Source: Lepidodermella squamata (taxonomy: Eukaryota > Animalia > Gastrotricha). Taken from it: DNA of 64,000 nt. Positions 63,414 to 64,000 of the stretch are shown piece by piece. Both the position numbers and the translations under genes were made by a program. The notes under the pieces are model-generated. The model was not told where the DNA came from. It saw only the letters and a program-made list of their open reading frames with translations, and did not search any database. The DNA is taken from assembly GCA_047495785.1 (NCBI GenBank), contig JBLDXI010000074.1, forward strand, positions 806,001 through 870,000, read 5' to 3'. The stretch's first letter is position 1. Each line of letters starts with the position of its first letter.

Positions 63414-64000
63414 TCCGCGAACAATTAATTCGAGAAATAAAGAATACGATACTTTACTGGGCTAATTTACGCCAGTGCAAGAGAGAAATTTGCCTCACTG
63501 TTTCAATAAGTATTAAATGTACCGGCATGTTGTCTATCTTATTCGCGGTGGTGGTTTTAAATGCAGTGGGCGATCCGGCTATTCATCCGGCTTATAATCA
63601 GTCAGCGCATGACAGGCCTATTTAAGCCTGACCTGACCTACAATGCGAATGTGGAATCTGGGTCGGCATTTATATCAAATGACTGAATGGTACAAATCAT
63701 AAATTGCAGGTCAGCGTAAATTGGTTGATTGCGCCTATAAACGAGACTGTTGAAAACTGCGCCCTGATGAAGAAACCGAGGAACCCGCACGGAACATAGC
63801 ATATTAAAATATGAGGAGAAATTTAGATTCATCATTACCACCAAGGTTGCATATATGAAGGCTCTGGCATGAAAAATTATGTACTCTCTACCATGCTGGG
63901 GTTAAATTAATTGGATAGCAAATCAAGTCGCGCAGATCGGAATCACAATGCACGATTCTTTCGCTATTTTCCCATTTCTATTTACTACCTCAACTTTTTA

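Overview
Eukaryotic, most likely invertebrate animal, genomic DNA: AT-rich intergenic regions, many ~50-bp GT-AG introns and numerous MITE-like insertions. The species cannot be determined from the sequence. The left end (1-8.3 kb, minus strand) carries two tandem paralogous large secreted or membrane genes. The complete one fuses lectin-like, EGF and LamG-like modules to a Cys-loop ligand-gated ion channel. The central 22-52 kb holds the most striking system: two divergent subfamilies (A and B) of AIG1/GIMAP-type GTPase + RING-H2 fusion genes, always arranged as head-to-head A/B pairs (three intact pairs plus one B pseudogene). Interleaved with them are a NEK-like kinase with 14 ankyrin repeats and a small coiled-coil family whose C-terminus resembles the Mug135 C-terminal domain. 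The block is flanked by five DM9-repeat genes, a Ly6/three-finger gene and two galaxin-like Cys-rich genes, so it looks like a fast-evolving innate-immunity or self/non-self locus (inference). All exon models were derived by eye, and family assignments come from motif recognition, not database searches.
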